A stretch of 64,000 nt of DNA from Marsupella aquatica (taxonomy: Eukaryota > Plantae > Marchantiophyta), in NCBI GenBank assembly GCA_973895155.1, contig OZ316892.1, positions 19,353,769 to 19,417,768 on the forward strand, read 5' to 3'. Under the pieces are notes generated by a model. That model worked only from the letters and a program-made list of their open reading frames with translations, was not told where the DNA came from and ran no database searches. Below are positions 13,201-24,700 of this stretch, in pieces. The position numbers and the translations under genes were made by a program. Each line of letters begins with the position of its first letter. The stretch's first letter is position 1.

Positions 13201-14922
13201 GATGCCGATTTCTTTTCTTTCTCCAGTAGTTTCAGCAGACTCTGCATGCCTGGTTGCTGCATCGGCAAGTCTTCCTTCCTGGGCCTAAACACCTGCTCGA
13301 TCGTAGGACTAACAGGTGGTTGAGGCTTCTCAGCCAACGGCCTCGGCGTTGGAGCTTCCTCGGGTGCCCTTACCTGCAGGGGAAGTACCGGGGCAAAAGT
13401 CTGACCTCTGGCATACCGGCACAACAGCGGCATGTGATAGCCAAGCCGCGACACGCTCCCCATGCCGATTACCTGCTGCTCCTCCTTTAAGATCTTCTTC
13501 AATTGGTTGAGGAGGTACCCGTTGTAGTCCCGGCTTGGGTCTGGCCTTTCTGCCAGATAGACCTGTGCCTTGCCGATCTCTGCCCTCGGCAAGTTACAAT
13601 GCATGGTCACCCGCAAGAAGTCGATCATCTCTCCTATGTGCGGGTTGGTGCAGGTGTTCCGGAAGAAGCCATTCTTCGTTGATGGCCCGGGGAACGACCG
13701 GAACTCCTTGTCAGGCAAGGTCTTCCTGGTATCAACTTTGGTCTTATTGCCCATCGGCAAGCCAAACACTTCGGCAATCACCTTGGGAGTAAGATAGAAA
13801 TCCTTCCCATATATCCTCGTGCAATTGGTCTCGGGTTCCCATGACCCCACGAATTCTAATAGGTCTGACTCCGGTACCTCCGGCTTCAGCCATGGTAATC
13901 TTACAAAGGCCTCCAAGCCGGATCCGGCCATGAAGCCTTGGTACTTCTTGGTCTGCATGGCCGTAAAGCATGCATCCTCCTCCCGTGCAAAATGTAGTTG
14001 CACCTCCACCGGTAGGGTTGCCGCCCAGCCCTTCCAGGTGTCATCCCTGGTTGGAATGGCCTTGATGGGATTGACCTCCTCCTCTTCGGCTTCTCCCTGC
14101 CTCCTGCTCTGCTGCTCGGCTGGCTTCTTTGGTGCCGCCGACCTCGTTCTTTTTGCCGGGGTGGCTTCATCGTTGACGGCTCCCTTCCTCTTCATCTCTG
14201 CTGCCGTGGAGGTTTCTCCTAGCACCGTTGCCCGGGTCCACCTTTCCGTGCTACCCTTTAATTCCCAGTGTATGTCATTGCAGTTCTTGATGGCCTCTCG
14301 GATGCCGACGACGCTGTCTTTGCAAAACAGAAGATCGTCGAGTTGATTGGAAGTAGGCGTCCACAGGAACTCGTCCTTGATGAGTTCGCCTCCTAAGAAA
14401 GCCGTCTTCTGTAGCTCCCACAATCGAGCGAGCTCCTGCCGTTCTCGAGCTGCCCTTTCTGACTCCTCGTCCTCGTAAGTCTTGATGTACTCAGTTGCCC
14501 GTTCGAACAGGCATCCCCAGAAATGTGCCGCTTGATTGACGTTGCTCATACCCTCCTTAGGTTGATCGTCGGTATCTACTCTCTCCCCGAGTGCTTGCCT
14601 AAGCAGCTGACAGTAGTTGGCCTCCCGTAGTCGTCTGCCTAGTTCGTGCTCGCAAATGAGCCACCATCTCCTGCAAGCGCTCCTTACCCCTCTCCTCTGC
14701 CGGTCCTTCTTCCCGTTGATCCTTCCTAGCCGCCGACGCTTAACGCGCCCTAACCCTAATCGGGTTTTCACCCTCAGCCTTACCTCCGGCCTCTGCCCGG
14801 GTTCCATGGTTGCCCCTAATTGTTTATATTTTCCTTGTTTTGTCACTATACTAAGGTGTTCCTAGGGTGCCTTCCTGCTTTACCCACTTAACCGGCCAAG
14901 TGATTCCTGTCTAGGCATCACA
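10263..14922 (-). mobile_element. Solo LTR, family A copy 1 (4660 bp), containing an intact long ORF
   Basis: Minus-strand termini TGTGATGCC...GCACCACA; perfect 5-bp TSD TCCAT (10258-10262 and 14923-14927). Near-identical to 21736-26400 and 59324-63992. Confidence 0.95.
11184..14807 (-). CDS. LTR-encoded ~1207-aa protein: basic N-terminus, conserved globular domain (LPW..EF...G....LT...I..VFGLP.G..KNGF), long coiled coil, low-complexity tail
   Basis: Uninterrupted ORF; first ATG at 14807, 116 bp from the LTR 5' end. Homologous ORFs occur in LTR families B and C. No gag, protease, RT or integrase motifs. Confidence 0.85.
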   Translation of the reverse strand: MEPGQRPEVRLRVKTRLGLGRVKRRRLGRINGKKDRQRRGVRSACRRWWLICEHELGRRLREANYCQLLRQALGERVDTDDQPKEGMSNVNQAAHFWGCLFERATEYIKTYEDEESERAARERQELARLWELQKTAFLGGELIKDEFLWTPTSNQLDDLLFCKDSVVGIREAIKNCNDIHWELKGSTERWTRATVLGETSTAAEMKRKGAVNDEATPAKRTRSAAPKKPAEQQSRRQGEAEEEEVNPIKAIPTRDDTWKGWAATLPVEVQLHFAREEDACFTAMQTKKYQGFMAGSGLEAFVRLPWLKPEVPESDLLEFVGSWEPETNCTRIYGKDFYLTPKVIAEVFGLPMGNKTKVDTRKTLPDKEFRSFPGPSTKNGFFRNTCTNPHIGEMIDFLRVTMHCNLPRAEIGKAQVYLAERPDPSRDYNGYLLNQLKKILKEEQQVIGMGSVSRLGYHMPLLCRYARGQTFAPVLPLQVRAPEEAPTPRPLAEKPQPPVSPTIEQVFRPRKEDLPMQQPGMQSLLKLLEKEKKSASATTTATATMQDTTTEVGLHRLTKENPFAGDKERIRPESKPGVRMYVGTSSSEFEAELPEAPTNEEEREKPDVQEVEEAVEDCSHDNSGYGSDHHVPGVRTCGRFVPTLPRVVRGDPNQQSSPESPPPDVAPPSFDGIKQTVQEFQERIKQEEEAALAKEKDLPGGDWPEDIRRLAEKGSKPLATIEEIRRTAWEQRPRWAMPITSTYSTYAKNRAMEYGEMCGELALGIFGEELEVGPFFHREQLEKHQLEEAVALERSKKDEVIRRLRRMEAEIEDLRAAKKAQDELRIKRHELNIMQGQLDAAQADNQNIKDKLTQTQEELADTIKEREKWKQELKNTEEAHITANSRAMAETQRKEWALKGELEKIRGALEQKEVELGKSYQGIMALQQELASLTASFKADLREKDEMLEQTYAKMNQMESVIIAELDKELRATQEERATLKKELEEAHREQEEAKNELEGARKDLDETQEELEEITRKMENLQRRADNQTERLKKQATVFKCLAAAGPSPVGTNQLPGVVIAEGQAAPPAPVPEVSGKGKGPAAEPPTKKKRKPSGSRSNTTSQAVVIKEVDPAPTPDRVTAKDPTTLGEGEAEAVGLAEAEAVGVAEAEAVGIAEAGVEAEAGGGPSQADGELTRSRAGNLSVGGPTAVAEEEVLGASIEDPPPVS

Positions 14923-16015
14923 TCCATTGGCCTTGGGCCCAAGAGGAGCTCACTCCCAAGCCCTCAGAACTCAAAGCCCCTCCGACGGTCCGGACGGCCA
15001 TCCTTGAGCCCGGCCCATTTCTCCTTGACCCTACCAGCCATAGGCTAGTCCAAGTCCTTAGTGTGTGTCCCCAGCTTGGCCCCTTGCCTCGCTAGTGCCA
15101 CGTCTCATTGCCCACAACTCTCCCCATGCTAAGTCCTCCCCGGATGGCCTATCCGGGCCTGGACCATAAGGGAGCTCGGCGTCGGAGTTAGCGACGCGCG
15201 GAGCTAAGTGTTAAGGTAGTCGAGTTCCGTGACTTGGGCCCTCACTCCGTGTAAAAGAAGTGGACCCCCCTGCCATCGGGCCCTTTTCCTGTTTACCCCT
15301 TGTTATTTCCATTTTACTATTAAAAGTTCCCTTATTACCGGTAATAATTATAATTATTAGTTCAAAATGAATAAAAATTACCCTTTGAGCATTTGCACGT
15401 CCTCCATGTATTAGTTAAGACTGAGGGCCAAGGGGCTCCAGCAAAGTAAAAAAAATCCGCCGCGTCGCCTTCACTTCGCGTCAAGTGCCAATCCCGGGCT
15501 CAAAATGACCGCCTCGCCGTGATCAAACCGTTGAGCCGTAGCACTTCGCGTTTCTTCCACCAAGTTGGACGTCACGAAGAGAAACCCGGTTCAGATGTGA
15601 ACAAGCTCCATAGCTTGTGAAAAAACCTGAACGCCTCCGTCACTTGTCATGTCTCACTCGGTAACAACTCGACAGCAACTCAGTTACCAAAACAACCAGC
15701 TCGCTTCAACCTTCAACTTGAGCTATAATGTGCGATCCCTCCCGCACCGCACAGCTCACACCGTTGAAAAATGCAAACTCAGGTCTCTCCCCCAAATACC
15801 GTCGAATATGAATAAACCCTGAACGATGCAAACTTCAATTCCTCTGCACCACGGATACCGATCAACAAGTTCTAACCACCGTTAGAAAGCCCTCTTACTA
15901 ACCTATCCGCTCAGCCACACATATTCGAGTTTCATGCGACTAAACTCCGAATGTACCATCGAAAATGAACGTTGGAAAAACCTATCACAAAAAAACCTTG
16001 TCACCTCCCAGGCAT

Positions 16016-16027
16016 GCTCTGATACCA
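16016..16027 (-). promoter_or_regulatory. Primer binding site, tRNA-iMet type
   Basis: TGGTATCAGAGC on the minus strand, separated by 2 nt from the CA end of the LTR at 16030. Confidence 0.9.
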
Positions 16028-16029
16028 CT

Positions 16030-16847
16030 TGTTGAGCATAGACAACATTCGTAAAGGCAAGCCCATGAACCATCCAACGCACAAGAGTCGACACAGAGAG
16101 ATACGTGGTTCACCTCCACATGAGGCTACATCCACGGGAACACACAAGAGCTTTACTGCACTCTAGGCCGACCGGCCATACCAAGCATCCACAGCGCAAG
16201 CTCTTCCTATCTCTCAACTAGCTCCATAACAATGAGCCTAAGTTCCACCAGGGTCTGGCATCAGCCCTGGCTATATGCGCAACAGCACTAGCGCTAACAT
16301 TAGCTAAGTCCTAACCCGAGTTAGACTAACTATGGTTAGCTCATGAGTCACAAGAGTAGAGCAATATGTAACAATACAGAGGCTAGGAGGAACTCCTCTT
16401 GGAGACTCATGCTCATTCTTATGGAGCAACTTGGAGAGAGAGGAAAGCTTGAATGTGCTATGGAAACTTGGTGTGGCCGAAGTGCCTAAGTAGAGCTATA
16501 ATAAAGTCTCTTGTATTCTTGTGTATGTAGCTTCAAGGAGGTGAATCACATATCTATTGTGTTGGTGCATTGCTTGCTGGTTGCTTGAGTTCTCATGTGT
16601 ATGTTGCCAGCACTTTTCCTTACATATCTCGTTTGCTGGCCAAATCCTACCAAGACAAACAACCAAACCACATTCAGTTGGGGGAAAGGTTTCCCCATTT
16701 CGCACAAATTAACAGATCCAACTCTCACAAATCTCACTAGGGAGTGGGACAAATTAATTTGCCTTGTCAAGCTCAGTGCCCGGCTCAGTGCTTGCTGACC
16801 CTATATCCTTGGAGAAACCTACCATTTTATGATCAAATGTGTTAACA
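16030..16847 (-). mobile_element. 5' LTR (~818 bp) of a tRNA-iMet-primed LTR retrotransposon
   Basis: Minus-strand termini TGTTAACAC...GCTCAACA adjoin the Met PBS. The 16847 boundary is inferred from the terminal motif only. Confidence 0.7.
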
Positions 16848-16963
16848 AGAAAGAGCATACCATAATTTTGGTGGAAAGCATGATTGAGGGGTACATAAAA
16901 AGGATCTCCGAAGTCTCCACCAAAAGGAGTGAGTCCTCATGAATTTTGCAATAAATTGGGGGG

Positions 16964-17819
16964 TGTTACACTCAAGGGCCAAGATGTAGAAGGACCAAAT
17001 CAAAGGCTGGATTTGAATATCAATAAAAAATGCATTAAGTATTCATTTGGACCGGTTGAAGTACAGTCTAGATGCATAATTCCTATCTTGGACTTTAGCA
17101 AGGACGATGTATAAATGTTCTCCTTGGATCCCGTGACATTGAATAGAGCAAGTTGCGGCTCGCAGTGTGTTTGAATATAAGGACTCATAGTCGATGCTTT
17201 TGAAAACAAGGACTAAAGTGGGCAAGGACTCATAGTCGATGTTTGAAATTGATCGCGGATTTTGTTCTAAGCACAAGTTAGGCTTGAATTGTCTTGGGAC
17301 GGGCAGGCACCAACAACGAAGGGCTTAGGGGTTAGGGATGGCTATGGTGGTCGATTACTCATTGAAGGAGCTTGCGCCATACACACGCAATGTGAGAGTT
17401 GAGTTGTTGGGGATGGGGCATAGTTGGATAGTTGAAGCTTTGGATCGCGAGTTGATGATTCATCGTGGAAGTTTGATTTACAGCAATGCATCTTGGAGAT
17501 TGCCCATAGGAGGAGCACTGTGATTGAAGCGTTGGTGGACCTTAGGCGATTGTTGAGCTTTGCCATGGTGCTCGCAGGATCAAATGAGTAGGCAAGTTTA
17601 GAAGTATTGGCCTAGTATCAGGTAGAATCTGAATGCTCAGATGCTCCGCATCCCGCTCAATACCTCCCAAGTTCTGTCTAGTACTTGATGCGGTGCCTGA
17701 TATCGGACGGCCAGTCTTGCTGAAGTCCACGATGCCCTAGCAAGAGAGAGATCAGAAAGGCGAAACCTTAGCAGACGCAAGTCCTATTGTAATAGGCAGC
17801 AACGGATCACCCATGGACA
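16964..17819 (+). mobile_element. Probable 3' LTR (~856 bp) of another LTR element inserted into the family-B gag
   Basis: TGTTACA follows a G-run (AATTGGGGGG, PPT-like). It ends ...TGGACA at about the point where gag-like sequence of family B stops. No partner LTR in the window. Confidence 0.55.
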
Positions 17820-20298
17820 ATTGATTGCACATGGTGGTTTGTTTGGTTCTAGAGGTGTGCTTGGTGAAGTCAGTGGTGACACACTTTTGTCCTCCACTGT
17901 TTCCTTTGAAGCGGAAACAATTTCTTCTTTCATTCGCTTGACAGCTCTCTTGATATCCTTCTGGAGTGCAACCTCATTCTCGACCTTTTCCAGCTCTACC
18001 AACTGCTCCTTCACACTAGCTGTGACTGCCAGAAAAAATAAACTGGGATGCGTTCGATCAAAATCACTATCCTGGGAAGGACTGGGATCACCAAGTATGA
18101 CTTGCGGGTCCTCAGTGACAGGGGCTTTGTCGCTAGAACCCGAAGACGTGGAATCAGACGCATCTTCCTTCCATGGCTTCTTTTTCTTGGTAATCCCCTC
18201 CCACCTTTGCTTCCTTCTGGTGGATCTAGTGGACACACGGTAACAATCGGCATCAACCTCTTCTTCAGAATAAGTGGACAGGGCGTCTGCTTCATTGTCA
18301 GAAGGTGCAAATTCCCCTCGTGCTTCTTCACGCCATCCTAAGTCAATATGATTTACCTGGGCTCCTCCTGGCATAGTTCCTTCTAGCAGTACCTTTGGTG
18401 CGGGTTTGACAGGTACAGCAGCCATCCCGGCTAACCAAATAGGGCATTGGGTAAGTATATGCCCTTCTCCTTTGCAACCCATACAAAGCTTGACTGGCTG
18501 ACCATCCGCCTGCTTCCTTGCATTGGTGCACTCCCAGGAGAAGTGACCTGGTTGACCACAGTTGTAGCATGCTGCAAATCTCTGAACATTTGGTTGTGGA
18601 GGTGTAGTTGGATTTTGAATGATGCGTGGATACATCTCCCTTGCATTGGTTCTCAATGCTCCCCACAAAGAGGTGGGTCGGTTAGCCAAATCTCGGGCTC
18701 CGACCTCACTAATGCCGAACACACTATCCGCGGCATCTCCAAGTATGTACTCCACCTCCAACTCTCCTATTGTTCCCTCGGTTATCAATCAAACATGCTT
18801 TGTACCACGCTTTGGACAGACATCCTTGTGATGTCCGGTGGTATAACAATGAGCGCACCATACTGAGGTGTCATCGGCTGCCTCCCTCGTCTTTGGCTGG
18901 GAGTTGGCTAATAACATCTTTAACTGCTCTGTGATCGCTGTCAATTGATCTGGAGATGCTTTCTTAGGATCAACCTTGGTTCTCACCTTCTCCACAATGT
19001 TATCCTTCTTTTTGAATTTCTTTTTTTACTCTTTTCATCATCCTCTGAACTGGAAGATGTTTCACCCTTACCGGTAGCATCCTCAGAGCTGCTACTCCCC
19101 TCCCTGGCTTTCTTGGATTGCTTTTTCTTTTCTTTTTTCTTGCCTGATCCCTCTTCAGAAGATGAGTCCTTGCATTTTTAGTGTTTTTTCCTGCTCATGA
19201 TATCTGCATTGATGTAGAGCTGAATATCATGGATTACTTCGGCTAGAGATTCCGGATTCCCCTTCCGAATCGCAAAACTCATCTTCTGTGGTAAAGCATT
19301 AACCAACTATTGCAACTGCATTTCATTTGATGCATTGGTCTTGGTTTGCCGTACCAATTTGTGGAATCGTTGCAAAAACTTTCAGAAAGACTTGTTCTCC
19401 TTGAATTGAAGCCGTCCTAGCTTCAACATTGCCAATTCGGATGTCCCAATGGGACGGAATTCTTTGACAAATAGTTGCTTAAAGGTGATCCACTCATTCT
19501 GCTCTCCGGGTTCCAAATTATAGTACCACGGTCGAGCCTCACCTTTAAACAACCCAGGTAAGATTTGCATCTTGATAGCAGACTCTCCATTAGCCGTTGC
19601 GGTCAATTGCAAGATTGAGGGGGGCAAAAGGACGCAAAAAGGATTAGCTCAAAAAGGAGAGAAAAAGGACTCAAAGATCATAAGATTTAGTTGAACACCA
19701 CTTCCATACAGGTTTGACACACTTCCAAAATTATTGTGCACACTTCCAAGAAGATTGGGACTTCCTAAAAGCCTGGACACACTTCCAAAGACTTGGCATG
19801 CAAGATCTCACCATCCAATCTCAACAAACTAATCCTAGCCATTTGGTGTAACACCTTGTCCACCCCTTGTAAATTGGAAAGGACTAGAATCCTTTTGGTG
19901 GAGAAATTGGATATCCTTTTTGCCCCCCTCAAGCTTGCAATTGACCTTGCCGTACCATCAAACTCCTCAAGCCAGTCATCCGGATCCTCCTCATGCTTTC
20001 CATGAAATGCCTTATAATGGATTTGTGATCTTTGGCTGAGCCATGGTGTTGCTCGACCACCAAATTGTGGGTCTGGCTCACCCATTCCGAGTACTGGTGA
20101 ACTGGGTTGGGTACTGGGCACTTTGCTACTTGACAGATCCCCTTCTTCACTCACCAGTTCCTCTTCAAAAGCACTTTGCGACCCGCCGTTGCGGGTTACA
20201 ACCTTCACTTTCCGTGACTCCTTCCACTTTTGAATTTGCTGCACCCGTGATTCTTCCCTTTGTGCTGCTTGACCTTCCCTTGGTGTGAATTCGTTCAT
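17820..20298 (-). pseudogene. gag: Ty3/gypsy gag of the family-B element, disrupted
   Basis: Capsid motifs FHGKHEEDPDDWLEEF and LFKGEARPWY...W..FKQLFVKEF. Three CCHC knuckles (CAHCYTTGHHKDVC, CYNCGQPGHFSWEC, CMGCKGEGHILTQC). In-frame stops, a MITE insertion and truncation at 17819. Confidence 0.9.
19601..19946. mobile_element. MITE (346 bp), ~30-bp TIRs, 4-bp TSD TTGC
   Basis: GGTCAATTGCAAGATTGAGGGGGGCAAAAGGA ... TTTTGCCCCCCTCAAGCTTGCAATTGACC. Removing it with one TSD restores the gag frame (DGTATANGE). Confidence 0.92.
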
Positions 20299-20339
20299 CA
20301 CCTATCCCTACGCAGCACACAACTCACAAGTAAGAATGC

Positions 20340-20361
20340 CCCCTCCATCTAGCGCCAAAAA
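20340..20361 (-). promoter_or_regulatory. PBS of the family-B element (Tat-like TGGCGCTAGA.GGAGGG)
   Basis: TTTTTGGCGCTAGATGGAGGGG directly after the LTR end CACCACA and shortly upstream of the gag ATG at 20298. Confidence 0.8.
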
Positions 20362-21735
20362 TGTGGTGCATTTCCCAACCCTCTAACCCCAAGAACTATC
20401 TACAACCGGCCATGAACCCCTACTTATGGTCGGCTTATGGTGGTTTGGCTGTCATTTGGCTTGGATACGCGGTCTACTCTCGATCCACACAATGCTGGAC
20501 CAATTCTTTCACTGGGCTTGCAAATTGTGTATTGCTGAGACGCCTAATTCTCAATTGACTTCATCGGGTATGTTTGTATTCCGCCCCCGGAATGTACCTC
20601 TACGGCTTAATCTCTTAAGTCGGCTGAAGGTTTTTCTTAGACCGGCTCAACCCACACTTTAACCAACAAAACACTCTCAATCCTCACTTTTCTCTCAGAG
20701 TTTGGTTTGGCAGTCTCCAATCAAGACAATGCGATCGTATAGCTTCGCAGTCGCTCTATCTGACTGAAATTGATCAAGCGACAAGTATCACAACACACAA
20801 TGCCATGACTGTAAGCATCTGCAAACTAGGCATCAAGGCCAACTCAATTCAAACAATTGCACAGAAATGGAAATTGTGGTTTACTGATAATCCGCGATCT
20901 AGATCTAGCCGAGAGGTTATGCTAGTAATACTGACTTTACACTAGAGTCTTGACTAAGAAAAAGCCTCCCGAGCCACGCTGCACAGGTTTTTATCCTTGC
21001 AGCGCGTCCAGGGGAATCGGCGGAAATCCAAACCACAAATCATGGCCTTCCACCGTGAAATCTAGCTAATTAACTAACACCTAACATATTTTGACTTAAC
21101 CTGGAACCTTGCGGGAACCAAGCATCTAATACAACGTAAGCCGACAGGGCGCTACTTGCCCTGTCCCATCCTACAACGGCCGCGCCCTTCTGGCCCAAAC
21201 CCTTCTCCTACCGCCACGTCCTCCTTCCAACTGATGATTGGCCCTCCTTAATTGTCAGATGACTGGCGATAGGCCCGAATCTTCCGACTCTGCACCTTCT
21301 CCTGCCATCAGCTCCGGCTTGATCCCTTTGGCTTCCTCGACCTCGGGTTCTGATTTATTGGCCCTGGCATTGGCAGTGGCATCTTCCTAGGAAACGGCTT
21401 GGATAGCGTTGGCCTTTACTTCCTCAATCAAAGCTTGCTCTCCAATCCGTTCGGTATCGATCTTCCATGGCTTTACATTTTGGTAGTCCATGGTGGCTGT
21501 ACCGGTGTCTGAACCTGTTACCGCAGCTCCAAGTTCATTGGCATTACTTATCTCTACATACCATGGCTGCCTTCATAGCAACAGTCCCACAAATGTGAGC
21601 AGCCATACTCTCAACCTCCTCTAGAGTGGCCTTGAGAGGTATCCCAGTAGTACTTGCTGGCCCCATGAATGTTTTGGCCACATCTGCTACCAACTGCATT
21701 GCCTTACCCCCAGTTACTCTTGACAATATAGATGT

Positions 21736-24700
21736 TGTGATGCCTAGACAGGAATCACTCGGCCAGTTAAGTGGGTAAAGCAGGAAGGCACCCTAGAAAC
21801 ACCTTAGTATAGGGACAAAACAAGGAAAATATAAACAATTAGGGGCGACCATGGAACCCGGGCCGAGGCCGGAGGTAAGGACGCTGGGGGTGAAAACTCG
21901 ATTAGGGTTAGGGCGCGTTAAGCGTCGGCGGCTAGGAAGGATCAACGGGAGGAAGGACCTGAAGAGGAGAGGGGTAAGGAGCGCTTGCAGGAGATGGTGG
22001 CTCATGCGAGCACGAACTAGGCAGACGACTATGGGAGGCCAACTACTGTCAGCTGCTTAGGCAAGCACTCGGGGAGAGAGTAGATACCGACGATCGACCT
22101 AAGGAGGGTATGAGCAACGTCAATCAAGCGGCACATTTCTGGGGATGCCTGTTCGAACGGGCAACTGAGTACATCAAGACTTACGAGGACGAGGAATCAG
22201 AAAGGGCAGCTCGAGAACGGCAGGAGCTCGCTTGATTGTGGGAGCTGCAGAAGATGGCTTTCTTAGGAGGCGAACTCATCAAGGACGAGTTCTTGTGGAC
22301 TCCTACTTCCAATCAACTCGACGATCTTCTGTTTTGCAAAGACAACGTCGTCGGCATCCGAGAGGCCATCAAGAACTGCAACGACATACACTGGGAATTA
22401 AAGGGTAGCACGGAAAGGTGGACCCAAGCAACGGTGCTAGGAGAAACCTCCACGGCAACAGAGATGAAGAGGAAGGGAGCCGTCAACGATGAAGCCACCC
22501 CGGCAAAAAGAACGAGGTCGGCGGCACCAAAGAAGCCAGCCGAGCAGTAGAGCAAGAGGCAGGGAGAAGCCGAAGAGGAGGAGGTCGATCCCATCAAGGC
22601 CATTCCAACCAGGGATGACACCTGGAAGGGCTGGGCGGCAACCCTACCGGTGGAGGTGCAACTACATTTTGCACGGGAGGAGGATGCATGCTTTACGGCC
22701 ATGCAGACCAAGAAGTACCAAGGCTTCATGGCCGGATCCGGCTTAGAGGCCTTTGTAAGATTACCATGGCTGAAGCCAGAGGTACCGGAGTCAGACCTAT
22801 TAGAATTCGTGGGGTCATGGGAACCCGAGACCAATTGCACGAGGACATATGGGAAGGATTTCTATCTTACTCCCAAAGTGATTGCCGAAGTGTTTGGCTT
22901 GCCGATAGGCAATAAGACCAAAGTTGATACCAGGAAGACCTTGCCTGACAAGGAGTTCTGGTCGTTCCCCGGGCCATCAACGAAGAATGGCTTCTTCCGG
23001 AACACCTACACCAACCCGCACATAGGAGAGATGATCGACTTCTTGCGGGTGACCATGCATTGTAACTTGCCGAGGGCAGAGATCGGCAAAGCACAGGTCT
23101 ATCTGGCAGAGAGGCCAGACCCAAGCCGGGACTACAACGGGTACCTCCTCAACCAATTGAAGAAGATCTTAAAGGAGGAGCAACAGGTAATCGGCATGGG
23201 GAGCGTGTCGCGGCTTGGCTATCACATGCCGCTGTTGTGCCGGTATGCCAGAGGTCAGACTTTTGCCCTAGTACTTCCCCTACAGGTAAGGGCACCCGAG
23301 GAAGCTCCAACGCCGAGGCCGTTAGCAGAGAAGCCTCAACCACTTGTTAGCCCTACGATCGAGCAGGTGTTTAGGCCAAGGACGGAGGACTTGCCGATGC
23401 AGCAACCAGGCATGCAGAGTCTGCTGAAACTACTGGAGAAAGAAAAGAGATCGGCATCGACAACGACAACGGCAACGGCAACAATGCAGGACACTACTCC
23501 AGAGGTAGGCCTACACCGGCTCACAAGAGAAAACCCCTTTGCTGGAGACAAGGAGAGAATCAGGCCGGAATCCAAGCCAGGTGTTCGAATGTATGTGGGA
23601 GTCTCAAGCTCTGAATCTGAGGCAGAATTGCCTGAAGCTCCTACCGACGAAGAGGAGAGGGAGAAGCCGGATGTCCAAGAAGTAGAGGAGGCAGTGGAGG
23701 ACTACAGCCATGATAATTCTGGCTATGGGTCGGACCATCACGTTCCAGGAGTAAGGACCTGTGGCCGGTTTGTCCCCACGCTTCCAAGGGTAGTACGAGG
23801 GGACCCCAACCAGCAGAGTAGCCCTGAGTCTCCCCCACCAGATGTTGCTCCCCCGAGCTTTGACGGCATAAAACAGACGGCGCAGGAATTTCAGGAGCGA
23901 ATCAGGCAGGAAGAGGAGGCAGCCCTGGCTAGGGAAAAGGATTTACCAGGAGGAGATTGGCCGGAGGACATCAGGCGGCTAGCCGAAAAAGGAAGCAAAC
24001 CTCTAGCCACGATTGAAGAGATCCGCAAGACGGCTTGGGAGCAGAGGCCGCGATGGGCGATGCCGATCACTCCTACTTACTCCACCTACGCTAAAAATAG
24101 AGCCATGGAGTATGGTGAGATGTGTGGGGAACTTGCGCTCGGCATCTTTGGAGAGGAGTTGGAGGTAGGGCCCTTTTTCCATAAGGAGCAGTTGGAGAAG
24201 CACCAATTAGAAGAAGCGGTGGCTTTAGAGAGAAGCAAGAAGGACGAGGTCATTCGGCGGCTTAGGAGGATGGAAGCCGAGATTGAAGACCTAAGGGCGG
24301 CCAAGAAAGCCCAAGATGAACTGCGGATTAAACGGCATGAGCTGAACATCATGCAGGGGCAGTTGGACACCGCGCAGGCTGATAATCGGAATATCAAGGA
24401 TAAACTGACTCAGACGCAGGGAGAGTTGGCCGATACGATCAAAGAGAGGGAGAAGTGGAAGCGAGAGCTGAAGAATACAGAGGAGGCCCACATAACAACC
24501 AACAGCCGGGCCATGGCGGAGACCCAAAGAAAGGAATGGGCGTTGAAGGGGGAGCTCGAGAAAATCCGCGGAGCCCTTGAGCAGAAGGAGGCCGAGTTAG
24601 GGAAATCCTATCAAGGGATTATGGCGCTGCAGCAGGAGCTTGCGTCCCTGACGGCCAGCTTCAAGGCCGACCTAAGGGAGAAGGACGAGATGCTCGATCA

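Larger units (their letters stand above)
6036..16015 (-). mobile_element. Probable non-coding or decayed internal region of the tRNA-iMet-primed LTR element (hosts LTR-A copy 1)
   Basis: Lies immediately 3' of the PBS on the minus strand. No recognisable gag-pol. The distal boundary is not defined and no matching second LTR is seen. Confidence 0.35.

Noticed and set aside
11446-14346. Antisense ORFs repeated in all LTR-A copies (e.g. the 175-aa MQLVSGSHDP...)
   Set aside because: Shadows of the long sense ORF; their conservation follows from copy identity.
11184-14807. LTR ORF as an envelope protein or a host SMC/myosin gene
   Set aside because: No signal peptide, transmembrane segment or ATPase motifs; intronless and confined to TSD-flanked repeats.
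21898-21915. TTAGGG telomere-like hexamers (also near 22, 14750 and 59487)
   Set aside because: Only one or two units, mostly within coding sequence; not an interstitial telomere array.
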